124,000 bases of DNA from Wallemia ichthyophaga EXF-994 (GCF_000400465.1 NW_008806283.1:144001-268000); one strand, 5' to 3'; shown: positions 1 to 13,179, counted from the stretch's first letter. Made by a program: numbers and translations. Notes: generated by a model from the letters alone, not told the origin.

Positions 1-205
1 ATCACCCACTATCAGCCGCGTTCTTGAGAAGATGGCAGTGTCTCACGATATAACCCAGCTGCATCACATCACGATTGGATATGAATGAAGGAAAATAACG
101 AATTTTGGTTACGATACAAGACTTGTATAGCTAATGATGCTAATGATACTAATATTGATTATATTAAACTACATGGACAGATAACTGAGTTTGTACATCA
201 CCACG

Positions 206-1231
206 ATGAGGTAGGTGCAGTGATTATCAAGCTCTGGGTGATCTCACGGTGACCAGCTTCAATGACTTGGAAAGTGGAGGCGTGCCACTGTCTACGCCCA
301 ACGAATCACCCGGCGTTTCGAGTGGGTTGAGCGGATATACAAAGCACAGCTCACAGCTCTCACCAACAACAGATGAGTTCATACAGCTCAAAGATAAGCT
401 GAGCATTAGTATATTTAAAATAAACGGTAATATACAAGGTATCAACCGTATCGTAGCTGTTTTGGGCACAGCGAAAGAGCAAGGTGACTCACGGGACAGA
501 CTACATGAGCTACTTGAGTCTACAAGGCTCATTGTCAAGAATACCACTGAGAACGTGCGTAATTTTACAAACTGGGATTATGGCGCACATCCGGCGAATA
601 GTCCACAGATAATACGCAACACGCAGTCCAAGATTAGCAGAGACTTTAGTGGAGCTTTGCAGTCATTCCAGAGAGTGCAGAAGGATGCAGCGGAGCGAAC
701 GAAATTGTCGACGGAGAAGGAGCTGTCGAGAAGAGTTGAAGGGGCAGCCCAGCCAGCCCAGCCCGATGAGGTGCTGTATAATCACCAGGATATATACCAG
801 GGAGAGTTGCAAGAAGAGCAGCAGCAGCAACAGGAACAACACCAACAACAAATACACCCGCGTAGAATCACAGAAGCTGAAATGGCATACCAAGATGGAT
901 TAATTGAGGAGCGTGATCACGAGATTAGAGATATTGAGACGTGCGTGTTTTATAAAAAAAAAAAGCTCTGGCTACTGCTCACACTCCACACAGCGGTATA
1001 CACGAATTAAACGACATTTTTAGAGATCTAGGTGGAATTGTCGTTGAACAGGGTGGAATGCTCGACAATATAGAGTCAAACGTAGATAATATCTCCTCAG
1101 ATGCCAACAGAGCTAATGACCAATTAATTTCTGCGCACGAGTACCAGCGTAAAGCGGGAAAGAGAGCACTATGCTTATTGCTAATACTTACAATAGTAAT
1201 ACTGATTGTAATACTCGTTTTGATTTTATAA
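206..1231 (+). CDS. Qa-SNARE syntaxin (Pep12/Vam3/syntaxin-7 family), 3 exons
   Basis: ATG at 206, introns 211-256 and 941-993; Habc helices, SNARE motif (ERDHEIRDIETGIHELNDIFRDLGGIVVEQGGMLDNIESNV), C-terminal TM ending TAA at 1231. Confidence 0.9.
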
Positions 1232-1265
1232 TTTTCAACTCATTCTCATCTCATTCCGAGTTTAA

Positions 1266-2885
1266 TTGACGTCGCATTGGCCTAGTTTGATTTATTGTAC
1301 GGAATCCATCAATACTGTATTGATGCAGATCAAACACAATGCCAATGAATTCCTAGAGCCCACCTCACCCACCATATCACCCGCGTTGATTTACTTTATA
1401 CAGAACAGCTCCCCTTCCAATCACGATGAAAGTCCTCAGTCTCAGAAAGTAGCGAGGTCAACACCGACGGTTTCCAGCCCCAAATTTGAATCGACTACGG
1501 CAGAGTTGAATAAGCGGCCGCTTTCTACTATGTTCAATAACGTTGGCAGTGCGTCAGGGTCCACGAGTAGTCACGCGCATGCACATACGCATACACACAT
1601 ACAAACACAAACACACACACTGGAAGAAGACTTCAGATCGGATATGCGGTCTAATAGGTCGTCTACAGGTACACTAGGTACCATCACGAGGAATAGTCTC
1701 AGAAGAAGAACTAAACCAAGTCTCCAGCTCTTCAACTCGCCTACAAGCAGCCATCAACCACAAGAACATCAATCACCTTATACTCCCACACTAAAACCAT
1801 CTTCAACCCATCATAGAAATTTATCAACGGAATACCTCTCTCATAAAATACAAGGATGGATGCCAAATTTCACAAACTCACTCTCAACTCCTCAGATTTC
1901 GACGGAGTCTTCTTCGTATGACAATAACCACAAAGAGTCCAAGGACTCGAAAGATAACAGCAAACGTGGTATGCTCGGTAAAGCATTCTCGAGTTTACAC
2001 TTTAACGACTTGGGTAAGTCTAGTCCCCAGAATAGCATCCTCAACTACAGATTGCGCATTGGATACCCAAATCAGCGTTTAGTATTTGGTGCATGTTTGT
2101 GGCAATCCACATACACAACTAAGATTGATAAATCTCCTTCGCTATGGAAAATACCAATTGAAGCAAAAGAGTACTTGCCATGTCTGGTAATCAGATGCTT
2201 TGAATATCTCATTCAATGGGCAATGGTTGAAGAAGGTATTTTCAGGATTTCAGGGAAGTCTTCACAGATATTACAACTTCGCAATGAATTTGATAGCGGG
2301 AGTGATATCTATTTGAGAGATATACATCCTTCCATACTAGATCCACACGCCGTTGCATCAATATTCAAAGCTTATTTAAGGGAATTACCACATAACATAC
2401 TCACAAATGAGAATATACCACAATTCAACGATTTCATGCAGATATCATATAAAGTAAATGCAGTTACCTCAGATGACACACCAGCAGCTGCATTAAAGTG
2501 TAACTATAAACAATGCGATCAAATTGACAGTAGTGATGTCGATTTGAAGCTGTTGAAAGATATTCTATCAGAACTACCGCATTCAAACTATTGGTTATTA
2601 CGACTAACGATGAAAATTCTTAAGTTGACAGCTGATAATAGTGAGGTGAACAAAATGACCCTATCAAATCTAGTACTCGTAATATGTCCGTCAGTTTGTT
2701 TATCAGCGATATTCGTCAAAATTTTAGTCAAGCACTTTGATTATCTTTTCGGGATTGATCATGTATTCGAAGATAGTGAGGATGATGAGCTTAGTTATTT
2801 GCGTCCAGAAACAAGCCAGCTGGTGTCATCTAGTGGTGAAAGAAGGAAGTTCAAGCTACTAAGCAGCAAGCGTGATAAGAAGTAA
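1266..2885 (+). CDS. RhoGAP domain protein
   Basis: EEGIFRISG arginine finger, ASIFKAYLRELP and NKMTLSNLVLVICP motifs; true start is probably the Met at ~1321 or later. Confidence 0.9.
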   Translation: MTSHWPSLIYCTESINTVLMQIKHNANEFLEPTSPTISPALIYFIQNSSPSNHDESPQSQKVARSTPTVSSPKFESTTAELNKRPLSTMFNNVGSASGSTSSHAHAHTHTHIQTQTHTLEEDFRSDMRSNRSSTGTLGTITRNSLRRRTKPSLQLFNSPTSSHQPQEHQSPYTPTLKPSSTHHRNLSTEYLSHKIQGWMPNFTNSLSTPQISTESSSYDNNHKESKDSKDNSKRGMLGKAFSSLHFNDLGKSSPQNSILNYRLRIGYPNQRLVFGACLWQSTYTTKIDKSPSLWKIPIEAKEYLPCLVIRCFEYLIQWAMVEEGIFRISGKSSQILQLRNEFDSGSDIYLRDIHPSILDPHAVASIFKAYLRELPHNILTNENIPQFNDFMQISYKVNAVTSDDTPAAALKCNYKQCDQIDSSDVDLKLLKDILSELPHSNYWLLRLTMKILKLTADNSEVNKMTLSNLVLVICPSVCLSAIFVKILVKHFDYLFGIDHVFEDSEDDELSYLRPETSQLVSSSGERRKFKLLSSKRDKK

Positions 2886-2954
2886 GAACAAAAATGTCTA
2901 ATTGTAAAAGTGTACTATTAAGAAATAATAAATAAATAACTCTATAAGGTAAAA

Positions 2955-3464
2955 TTACAATCTCTTGAAGAAAGATTTCAGACGTGAAGGAGTCTTTGTA
3001 GGTTGAGGATACTTGCAAGCCATGAATTGAGGTATAGATGATGTTTGAATTAAGTAGTTTACGTGTTCGTATGCTTTCGTGAAGCAATCCGGATGTGTTG
3101 AAGTGCGGAGTAGATCGAGTGTGTATGATTGGATATCTTCTGGGAGATTTAGTTCAAATTGGCTGAGATTGTTGAAGTAGACGCTGATTATGTGATCAAC
3201 TTCACGTCTATATGGTTGTTCTTGTGTGTTTATGCTAGTCTTCTTCCTCCACTTGTTTAATCTACACGAAGGTGACTTATCCTGCTCTATTCCACTCAAT
3301 CCACTCCATCTACTCTTATAAGATAAAAACCACAAGATAAAGTTGAGATTCTCAATCGAGTGCTCCTGGTATTCTAAAAATGTCCTAAAATCCTCCGCCA
3401 ATTCGTTATTATTGAGTATTTCCGCCAGTGTTTGCACATTTTTCCCCGTTCTCCCCGTTCTCAT
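2955..3464 (-). CDS. Small stand-alone RGS-domain protein
   Basis: FRTFLEYQEHSIENLNFILW...YF...SQFELNLPEDI...HPDCF..AYEHV..LI..SSIPQF matches the RGS fold; likely start MRTGRTGK. Confidence 0.75.
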   Translation of the reverse strand: MRTGRTGKNVQTLAEILNNNELAEDFRTFLEYQEHSIENLNFILWFLSYKSRWSGLSGIEQDKSPSCRLNKWRKKTSINTQEQPYRREVDHIISVYFNNLSQFELNLPEDIQSYTLDLLRTSTHPDCFTKAYEHVNYLIQTSSIPQFMACKYPQPTKTPSRLKSFFKRL

Positions 3465-3514
3465 GTGATTGTCCAACAACAGCAATATAGCTATAAAAAT
3501 TATTACAAATACCT

Positions 3515-6500
3515 TTACAATAAAAGATCAAGTTGTTGTTTCAATTCCGTTGATATTTTCAAATATTCATTACGTTGTGCCTTGGCTACGCTTAAATCCC
3601 GTGCCATTTTTTCAACTCCATCAACGGCATGCACATCCGCATACATACCGTCGAGTTCCTCATTGAATGATTCGTATAGAACGCTTATCTCACTCTTGCA
3701 TTCATTCAATTGCTTCTCTAGCTTGTGCGTGCGTTCTGCGTCTGCTTTTTGACGCTGTTGCAATTGTCGCGCTACCTGTACTTGCAATTCAAGTGATCTT
3801 TCCATTTCCGCGAATGAATTGCTGTCGATTTGGCCGGATTTAGTCTTTTTCAGTGTTCTTGCGTCATCTGATAGCTGTATTGTGTGTCAGATGGGTATGA
3901 ATGGCACTCCACCGAACTCACACTGTCTATAAGGAAATTGAGACTTTCATCGGTAGTGCCTGCACTGTGACAAATCTCTTCCCACTTGCGTTTCCTCTCG
4001 CTCAAACCGACATCAACCCTGACAATCTCGGATTTAGGAGGAGGCATTATCTTACGGTCCTTGTTCTCCTTCTCTGAGGTATCAGCAGTGTCATTGTACA
4101 CCCACTCATCCAGTGCACTCGTGTAGCCGTAGCCATCCTCCGGCACTGACTTGGTTGACTTGGATGGTTTGAGTGGCTGTGGTTTTGGCTGTGACTCCGC
4201 CTTCACTTCCACTTGCTCCACTGCAACATTCTTACTTGGAATACTCAAAGGACGTACGACAGGCAAATCCATCTTGTACGCATTCCCGACTTTCGGAGTA
4301 GATTTAAGGGTGCTCCTGCTACTTGTGCTACCAGTACTACGGGTGAGATCGCGCGGTCCGAACGGTTTCCTTGCACCGGGCGACATTACTCCCGACCTCA
4401 GACCTGAACTTGTACCAGTACTGCGTGACCACGCGGACGAGTTGGTAGTCTGCCTCGACATACTGAATGCCGGTTCGGGGGGAATGAGTGAGCTGCTGAC
4501 GCTTTCCGGATGGGGTTGGTCAGGGCTAGTGGGAGTGGGTGTGTGGTTGGTGGTGTAAGTGTGAGAGTGCGTAGGTACACTCGTCGACCGCCGTCTGCTG
4601 ACTGTGTTCAATCCTGCTCTGCCCTCACGCACTATCGCTTCATCAGCCCCACCGGCTATGTAGGAAGGCTGGCGAGCTATTGCAGCTGCAATGTCTTCGT
4701 CTGTGTCGTTATCTGCCTCCTCTTCCGCATCCTCATAACGCGGGAATTGTGACGAATCATTCTCGCCGAATTTTAAGTCAACGCTGGTGGAATTAGAGAT
4801 AGTGCTGCCATTGCCGTTGGTGGCGTCGCTCGTGCGTGCATCTGTGTCACTACCGCAAGGCAGCGACGTCGAAGCGTCCGAGCGAGTGCTGTAATTACCC
4901 GCAGTAGCTAGGCTGCTATGAGAGCGGGGCGGGAGAGGTGGATCGAGTGGGTAACCATGTTCATTTTCATTCCCACTCTCACTCTCACTCCCACTATCAC
5001 TCCCACTCTTCTCACTCCTTGCAACGCTCACACCCACCACACCCACATTGCTCGAGGGAGGGGGAAGCGAGCGAGGTCTTTCGAGATAGGAAGCACGCAC
5101 GCCATCCCTGTAGTCGAGCATTTCCACCTCTTCCTCGGCCTTAGCAACAGCCAGGCGGCGCTCGTGGTCGATCTGTGCTTCCGTCGTCCTCCGCTTGTGT
5201 AGCTCGCGCGCAACGGCTTCTGCCTCAGCCTCCCGCTCGGCGTCAGCTGCAGGTGGCGTCTGCTTGCGTTTCACCTTGCGCTCGAATACGGCCGGTGCTG
5301 GCGGCGATTTGGGCAGTGGGCTGGGTGTACGCGTGTGAGTGTGTGCAAGGGTGGAATGAGAAGGCGCCGATCCGCGATGATCTACCGACGTTGCAGGTGT
5401 AGATGTCACCTCGCTGTTTACACTCCCCATTGTTAAATTACCGCTCGACTTGCTCGCTAGTGAGCGTGTGCGGCGGTGCGAGTGTGAATTGGTAGAGTTC
5501 GTGAGGTCTGCGTCAGGTACACCCAGCCTCCCATTGGCAACACCCGCGCCGTGCTTGAAGAAGCCCCTAGATACGCTCTCGAATTTGTTCTTTGTCGGTG
5601 AAGATGGTGCCCGCTCACGCTTGCGTCCTCCCACTGTCAGATTTGGCGCTAAGCCAGCAGGTGTATAGTCGTACAGACGTGCCGCTTGGATATGCCACAC
5701 GAGACGTTCGTAAACGCCAGCCATATCCACACTCTCTTCCAACTCTTCGGGTGGACTACTGAAAGTCGTGGTAAGGTGCACGTCGTCGTGTTCGTTGTTG
5801 ACTTGCGCACGCATCACTATTAGTGGACAAGTGCCTGCCTCGCCGAGTGGAATGGCATCAGCAACCCCTCCGCTCCCGTCCATGTGTAAAACTGCTTTGC
5901 TTTTGTGTGCTGATCTGAACCACTGGTCACGGGATGTGTACACATTGTAGTAGAGTCGAGCTCGCCCACTCCCCCGCCCACTGCTTACACCACCACTCTC
6001 TAATGGCAACCAGTCGCGGGATATCTTGGCACAGGCATCTCCGCCGGTTGACAATGTACTTAAAATGGCCTGCTGTTTCCATGTACTCGAAATGAACCGC
6101 GTCATTGGACTGTCCGTTGAGAGAGGTTCTGATGGAGAGAAAGACACTTGCGTTGCGGAGAAGGCTTTGGAGGATCTGTTAAACCGCTCATCGTCACAAT
6201 CAGCGAACGCTGAGTTGTTGAAGACAATACCGAGTTCTGAATTGTGTGTTAGTGGGTTACTAACACAGGAAAAAAACCAGTCACCTTGATGTGATAAATC
6301 GGTCAAAGTTACATCTGATAGGTCAGCAACAACTTTACAAACCAGTTGATGCTTTGCTATACCAATTCCCCAGGATTTGGCGGGTGTGGATGAAGGATTG
6401 GAAGCGTCCAAGTCATCAAGACCGGAGAGTTTGCGACCTCTTGCGTGAGCAGAGGGACGCTTAGCGATGACCAACTTATCGTTGAAGAGGAAGAGAGTGC

Positions 6501-7347
6501 ATGGGAGAGGGTCGTCAATGTGACTAGTAAGAGGAGTTGGAAGGTCGTCAACGTCGATGGAGTCGATTAGAGTGCGATTGTGTGAGATGAGATTTGGGGG
6601 AAAGTCTTGGATGTTTCTTTGGAGAGTGTGCATTAGAGTGGCACGTTTAGTAGTCTCGTCAGCTTCACAGGAGGCGATCTTTGAGGCTAAATCGAGAGCT
6701 TGAAAGAGTAGGGAGCGTTGATCGTGAGATTGGTCAAGATAGTTCATCATACCTTGAAGGAGGAGGATATAGCGGGGGATTCGTTGGACAGGCTCCATTA
6801 GCAGCTCTCTTAAGCCAATATTGTTGATACCCGTAGTCTGCCATTGGGTTCTATCGATGAATTCGACAAAAGATTTCTTCTTCAATAGGTCCTTGAACAG
6901 TTCAACGGATTTCTGCCTGTTAAAGTAATATTGGTTGTAAGGAGTGAGATAGGGAAAGTGAGACATGCAAATATTCCCTATGTTAAATTCATTCGCGTGT
7001 TCTAATTCGGTGAGGAAGGAGTAATTGATGTGCAAAATCTGATCAATGTTTGCAAATAAAGATTTGGCGTCAAAGTGGTTTATGATTTGAGTGTCTTTGT
7101 GTTTAGCGAATTGTCTCAATGGATCGGCGTAATTGAGTTTGAGAGCAGTGATCCTTTTAACGTAAGATTTCTCAGTGCTGATTAATTCATTGAGTTGCTG
7201 TTGAAATGATTGTATATTCGGAGATTTGGTTGGTGGTGGTGGGAGAGACGAGGAGTTCAGGGAAGGAGAGATGAGATTCTCGCCGATGTCCCAATAACAA
7301 CCATCAAATACAACATCACAGAAGAAAGCCTTATGCTGTGATGACAT
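3515..7347 (-). CDS. RhoGEF (DH-PH) with C-terminal coiled coil, Gef2-like
   Basis: ELISTEKSYVKRI...LLMEPVQRIPRYILLL DH motifs; an intron near 3850-3895 joins ORF 3850..7347 to ORF 3515..3805 (FNEELDGMY coiled coil). Confidence 0.85.
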
Positions 7348-7445
7348 ATTTTTAATTATTTAATTGATATTGATGGTTCAATTCAAACTACCAAATTCGG
7401 TTGGTGTTGGGCAGCAATTAATTAAAAATCTTTTGGTAAACAACG

Positions 7446-10400
7446 ATGAAGAGGAGATCGACAGTTTGTGGATATGAGTTTACGTGTGAGCCATCAACAA
7501 CGCCAACAACGAAATCATCATCATCATCCTCATCGTGCTTGTCTTCCACTTTAACGAAAACAACTTCAATCTCCTCTAGATCTTTATCAATTACGGATAA
7601 GAGCGTTATAAGGAATTATCATTTACTACTTGAGTTGGTTAATACTGAGACGCAATACTACAACGACCTACGAATACTGGTAAACGTTTACTTGGACAAC
7701 CTACCCAAAGCCCTATCCTATCCAACTAGAAATCTAATCAAAAGAAATATTTCATCTATTCTCGCTTTACATTCACGTATAACGGCTTCTATTAACAAAG
7801 TACTCGATGATGAGCACTTGCAGCTAGATACCTTCACCATTGGTCCTGGTTCTGCTATTCACAAGCGCACAATTGACAGATGTACTGATAAAGTTGCAAA
7901 CAGCTTCATCGATCAAGCACCTTACTTCGACATATACAACGAATTCTGCGCTAATCACCCACGTGCCTTATCGAAATTATCCTCCTCCTCTAACCTCCCC
8001 ATTTGGCATCACTACGAGCGCAAATGCTTTGTTTTATCCCAACAATTTCACCCACAAAACAACAAATTACAATTGAAAGACTACCTCATCAAACCTATTC
8101 AACGCGTCTGTAGATATCCTCTACTTCTAGACAGCCTCTCTAAAACCTCCAACCACAAAGACTCTCACATTGATCAAGCACTCCATATTATGAAACAAGT
8201 CGCGATGAAAGCTGATCAAGCTAGACTTGAATGTGAGCAACAGGAGAAAAGCCAACTCATCGCTACTCGCTGTGAAGGCCACTCCAATCTCTCCTCCCTC
8301 GAAATTAACTCTTTTGGCACTGCAAAACTGGTTGGAGCACTAGATGTTTTTGTACACAACTCAAAACTACCTCTAATCCCTCCACTTAAAGTAAAGGTGG
8401 GGTTTTTCTTACCTCTCACTACTCTATCTCATCCAACCAACAGTACCTCGGCGCTTTTCTTTACGAACGCTTTCTTGTTCTCGTCAAAATACGCAAATCT
8501 ACCATCTATGAACCCAGATACTGGTTTCCTTTGGACTTATGGCACGTCACTGATGTTCCCTCTGGTGATGGTACGTTTTTCTTCCCTTTTTCACTCCCCT
8601 TCTGATAATTTCAGGTCTCATGCACCATTCCTTTAGACTCTCCCTTCACCTACAACACTTCGAATTCAGCTGCTGCTCCGACTCTGAAAAGCACATCTGG
8701 ATGAAAGCCATCATCAACTCCATCTCAACTAGTCGCAGGATGTGGTCACAAGATTACGTCAACTCCATGTCTCACTCCAACTCAATCAAGGCTCTCCCCA
8801 CTAACGTCGCCTACTCTCTCGCCCACAGAAAACTAACTGCTCCTGTTTCAGCAACTGCTGAGGATGTTGAGGAACAATCCGCCCAACAATCCCAGCACTT
8901 CCGTGTCTCAGCCCAAAAAAGGAACTCTCTGCCCATCGCGACTGACGTTGATCACTCCCCACAACCCCAACCTCAATCCCAGTTACCCCAGGAGTTCCCC
9001 ACACCTGCCACCTCTTTCACTTATAATCTTCTTCCCCCACCTGAGACTGCTCCTAGTATCAACACTACTAGCAGTACCCGCTTTGTCTATCATAACGGTA
9101 ACCCTGCTGAACCCCTCGTTCTCCGTCGCTCTCCTAGTGCACCTCGCGCTGCTGTCGACAAGTGCATGTCTTCAATACTCTCCGAGGAAATCTCTCAGGC
9201 TCGTCACATGGCTGCTTTAAATCTACGCAGACCAGCTCGACCACGCAAGATGCACTCTGTGCACGCCGATCTCAATATGATGGCAAATCAAGATCCCAAC
9301 CCATCTGCTAACAATACGAACACTATACACAATTCAAATACCGCAAATACTACAAAGAAAGCTGAAGTGAAACGCAGGAGAAGTTTTGTGTACCTCGATA
9401 CCAAGGATGGAACGAACAATTCATTTGGGGATATATTCGAAGATAGTGCAACGTCATCCGCACCTGGCTCTACACACAGTCGACACAAGAAAACTCCTTC
9501 TCGGATCGCTGAAATGTACGGGCGGAAACGCAAGTCATCTGCACCAACTTTATCCAACGGTTTGAATACAGGAGGTAATAGTGAAACGATGGCTAATTTG
9601 TCAGAATTGTCTGATTGGTCGCTTAACGTGAGTGTAGATGACAAGTTGAAGCATCGTCGCAAGTTGGGACACTCATTCAGTAGCCGCTTCAGCTCATTTG
9701 GCGACTCGATCAAAAACTTTACACCAGGTAGTGCCAACAGCAGTCCACTGAGCACACCGACTGCCATATATGCAACTGAGGGCGCACCTATTCCACCACC
9801 TGTTCAAAGTGTAGCCGGGGTGAGGCGTAACAGTCGCAGTTTCAGTGGATTGAAAAACACTCTGACCCTCAAGAGCAGTGCGTCAGAGCAAAACTTGGCT
9901 AAACACAAAAACCCCAATGCTAGCAAACTGTCAGAGACAGAGGCGCTTTATATCAAGTACTTACAAGGCGACATTGGTCCACCTGAAGAATCTCCTGATG
10001 AAGATAAGCAGCAAGACAAAGACAAGGACGAGAGACCTGCAGTCAGACGCAGTTTTACCTTTTCGCATGGAAATACGGATGTCAGTGAGAATGCAGATGT
10101 GATTACGGATACTGAAGTGGATAACACTATTACCCAAAACCGCACCAAACAACGTCTCAGCGACTCGTCCCAAGAACGTGGAAGGGGACAAGGTCGAGTG
10201 AGAGTGCAGCAACCGCGGGCTGTGTCGGCATCTAGTGCGGTAGGTGCGGTGAGCAATGGTAATGCACATGCACACGGCAGCAATCACAAGCGGTCCCGCT
10301 CACGTTTCTCAATGCTCATGCTACCCAGGCAGCGTGAGAGGGAGAAGGAGAGAGAGCCGATAAGTGAGCTTGAGAAAGACCACGAAGGTGCACTGAAAGG

Positions 10401-11172
10401 TCTTCAACTCAACACGGACACCCCACAGCTAGATCTTCCTGGCGATGTCGGGCGCATGTCTCCCATCAATAAGTTCTTCATATTTGGACAGAGTCAGAGC
10501 GATAGTGAGGGTTCGCCTGACGCTTTCAAACCCAGCTCGAGAAAATCGAAAAACAGACGCATCTCGCCTGCTGCTAGCCTCAGTAGCGCCCATCAACACT
10601 TGCCTGTCCACCCATTACAACCTCCTCAGCCACACTTTCGCGGTAAAAGAACGGACCACTCCGCTCCAGCATTGTCGCGCACTTCGACTGAAGCGTCGCA
10701 CGCAGGTGCTCCGCAGCTCCCAAAGCTCGTTATCGGCGAGGATGGTGGTGCAGAATGGCGCCAGAGAGTGAGGCAAAGGGAGCATGAGAAAAAGGCAATG
10801 GAGGAGGAGGGAGGAGTGAATGATTTTGGTCCGCAGAATGAACACATGACGCAGATGACGCAGAGCAATCAGAACAATATAACCAATCCTAATACTCCTG
10901 AGACAGGTACTGCTGGTGAGACGCCTAAATCCACTAAACAAAAATCATCGAACAGATCGGGCGTCTCAAAAAGCTCGCCTAATCTTCTCTCCAGACTGAA
11001 TTCGTTTAGCTCGAACAAATCTAAAAAGAGCAAAAAGGGTAAAGATTCATCGGCTTCTACCCCCGTTTCTGCCACTTCTGAAAATGGCGACGAGCAGTCT
11101 AACAGTGGCACGCTCAATCGTAAAAAGAGTCTCAAGGCTTTCCTCACTAAGATGAACTTCACGCGCGTTTGA
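7446..11172 (+). CDS. RhoGEF (DH-PH) with long low-complexity C-terminus
   Basis: LELVNTETQYYNDL...YLIKPIQRVCRYPLLL DH motifs, then PH; two short introns link ORF 7446..8636 to ORF 8620..11172. Confidence 0.85.
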
Positions 11173-12258
11173 GTGTGTGTAAGGTGAGTTTTGATTTGCA
11201 TGTGGATCAAGTAGCTGACACTTTCTAGCTTATTTTTACTGCACACATAGTGCGTAACCGTTTGATCAAACAAATCAACATCACATTTCCGAGTAAGAAA
11301 GAAAATAAGACAATAACCAAGACAAAAAAAAAGATACCGCAGATTTACGCGCTAAACTTTTCCAGATTTTCAAATATTGCCAATATCTTCTAATCACCCT
11401 TGAATCAAACCAATTATCAATCTGGACTTATATTTCGGTGTCAAATCTACAACACGACCAACTTGTATTACTAAACAACCAATGACAATGACGATATGTA
11501 TCTTGACATAAATGTTTGCATTTCACTATCTATATCGCTTATTGGGCTTGCTACACTGAAATTCTTTGAAAAGCTGGCACATGTACTCGATCATGGGAGA
11601 AGATAGTCTTACACAAGCATTCCACCATTCCACCACTCGGCAAGTATGACCCTTCATAATCGTGAGCCATTTATAATCCTCCCGCTGACACACCTTATCC
11701 TTGCATGATCAAACATCAATGGCGTTCATCGGACATTGAATTCGATCCTCTCTATTGCTCCACCCTAATACTTCCGAGCTGGTATTCACAGTGTTCCATC
11801 ACTGTGATATGCTATCATTCGTCATCTCAAATCAAGGTACTACCGCTAAGGTCACTACTTTCGCCTAACAAATTAACAAGCAGAAATGTACTTGCGTTGT
11901 GATAAGCATAAAATGCGGTTATTGTTCCGATTTTCAGGGTTTTTTTCCTCCTATCACATTCTCAGCCCTTCGGAATTTTTATCAAAATGATGGTGTCATT
12001 TATGTCAAGGCACACTCGGTGAATTCTAAAAAATCCCGCTAACCCGATAAAAAACCAGATCACTGCTACAATATATCATCAAGGGACAGCTTCTTCATCC
12101 TGTCGTCGTAATGTGCCTGTTCGCAGGCTTGCCCATCGCTTAAATTAAGGTGTTACTCATTCTGACTGACTTAATTAAGTGTGGGGCTCGCACTATTTAA
12201 ACTGCGAAGGTGCCTGTGATGTTTTCTTTACAAACCTTCCAACTGATACACTTTAACA

Positions 12259-13179
12259 ATGTTCAAGAAGCTACTCCTGTTCTCTGCTGCTTTGACAAGC
12301 ACAATCGTCAATGCAACCACCTATGCAACCTTCTACTCAGACCCCTCATGTACCGAGAATGCCTCTGTAGACTTTAGCGTAAACAACCCGGGCTGTTTCA
12401 GCGCTGGCAGCAACGAATACGTCAAGTATCACGGCACCAACGTCCAATGCTTCTCGCTTGTCAAATCACCAGACGCAAGCTCTCCATGCCAATTCGATTG
12501 TATAACAGGATTGTCCAACTCTAATGCTCCAGTTCCAGACTGCGCTGGTCTCATTATTCCTGAGGGCAATTGCTACTACGTTGGACAACATGAGTCACTC
12601 CGTTTCATTGGAGGCAAATGCCCATCGAACGATTGCCCAGACAGATCAAGCAGATCAATTCCAACACTCGAAGACTACGAGGATGAACATTATCAGGAGG
12701 ATAAATACTATGATGATTCCAACTCAGAGCAAGAGCAAGAACAAGAGCAAGTATCGGAGCAAGTCAGCGAAGATGGCGATATACTGGAACAAACTGTTGA
12801 CAACGTCGCCGATGGTCTCACTGATGCTGTTGACAGCCCCACTTCACCTGCACTCGACAGACGAGACTATGGTGTACCAGGCGTCGGATACTACCGCATG
12901 TGTAAAGACAAGTATTGCACCTTGGACTGCTCAATCAACTTCAGAACTACCGACCCAGGCTGTATCAACGGTGGTGACTTCAAATCTCTGCAACTACCTG
13001 GTGGTCTTGGCAGCACAAGCACTTTGCAGCTAGTTGGTACCCCTCACCCAGGCTGCGTATGTCAAGATGCTTGTTGGAATGTGCAGGGCCCTTCATGTAT
13101 GGAGTTGCCTGATGACATGAAAAACAAAGGTTCATACCGTATGATCCAGCAAGGCTCATGTGACAGCAACAACTGCTAA
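12259..13179 (+). CDS. Secreted cysteine-rich protein with two homologous domains and an acidic spacer
   Basis: Intronless 306 aa ORF; signal peptide MFKKLLLFSAALTSTIVNA; 9 + 10 Cys; D/E-rich linker ending LDRR; TATA-like tatttaaa ~65 nt upstream. Confidence 0.85.
   Translation: MFKKLLLFSAALTSTIVNATTYATFYSDPSCTENASVDFSVNNPGCFSAGSNEYVKYHGTNVQCFSLVKSPDASSPCQFDCITGLSNSNAPVPDCAGLIIPEGNCYYVGQHESLRFIGGKCPSNDCPDRSSRSIPTLEDYEDEHYQEDKYYDDSNSEQEQEQEQVSEQVSEDGDILEQTVDNVADGLTDAVDSPTSPALDRRDYGVPGVGYYRMCKDKYCTLDCSINFRTTDPGCINGGDFKSLQLPGGLGSTSTLQLVGTPHPGCVCQDACWNVQGPSCMELPDDMKNKGSYRMIQQGSCDSNNC

Noticed and set aside
1-200. Possible 3' end of an upstream gene (hydrophobic LMMLMILILIIL then stop)
   Set aside because: Too little sequence in the window to establish strand, frame or identity
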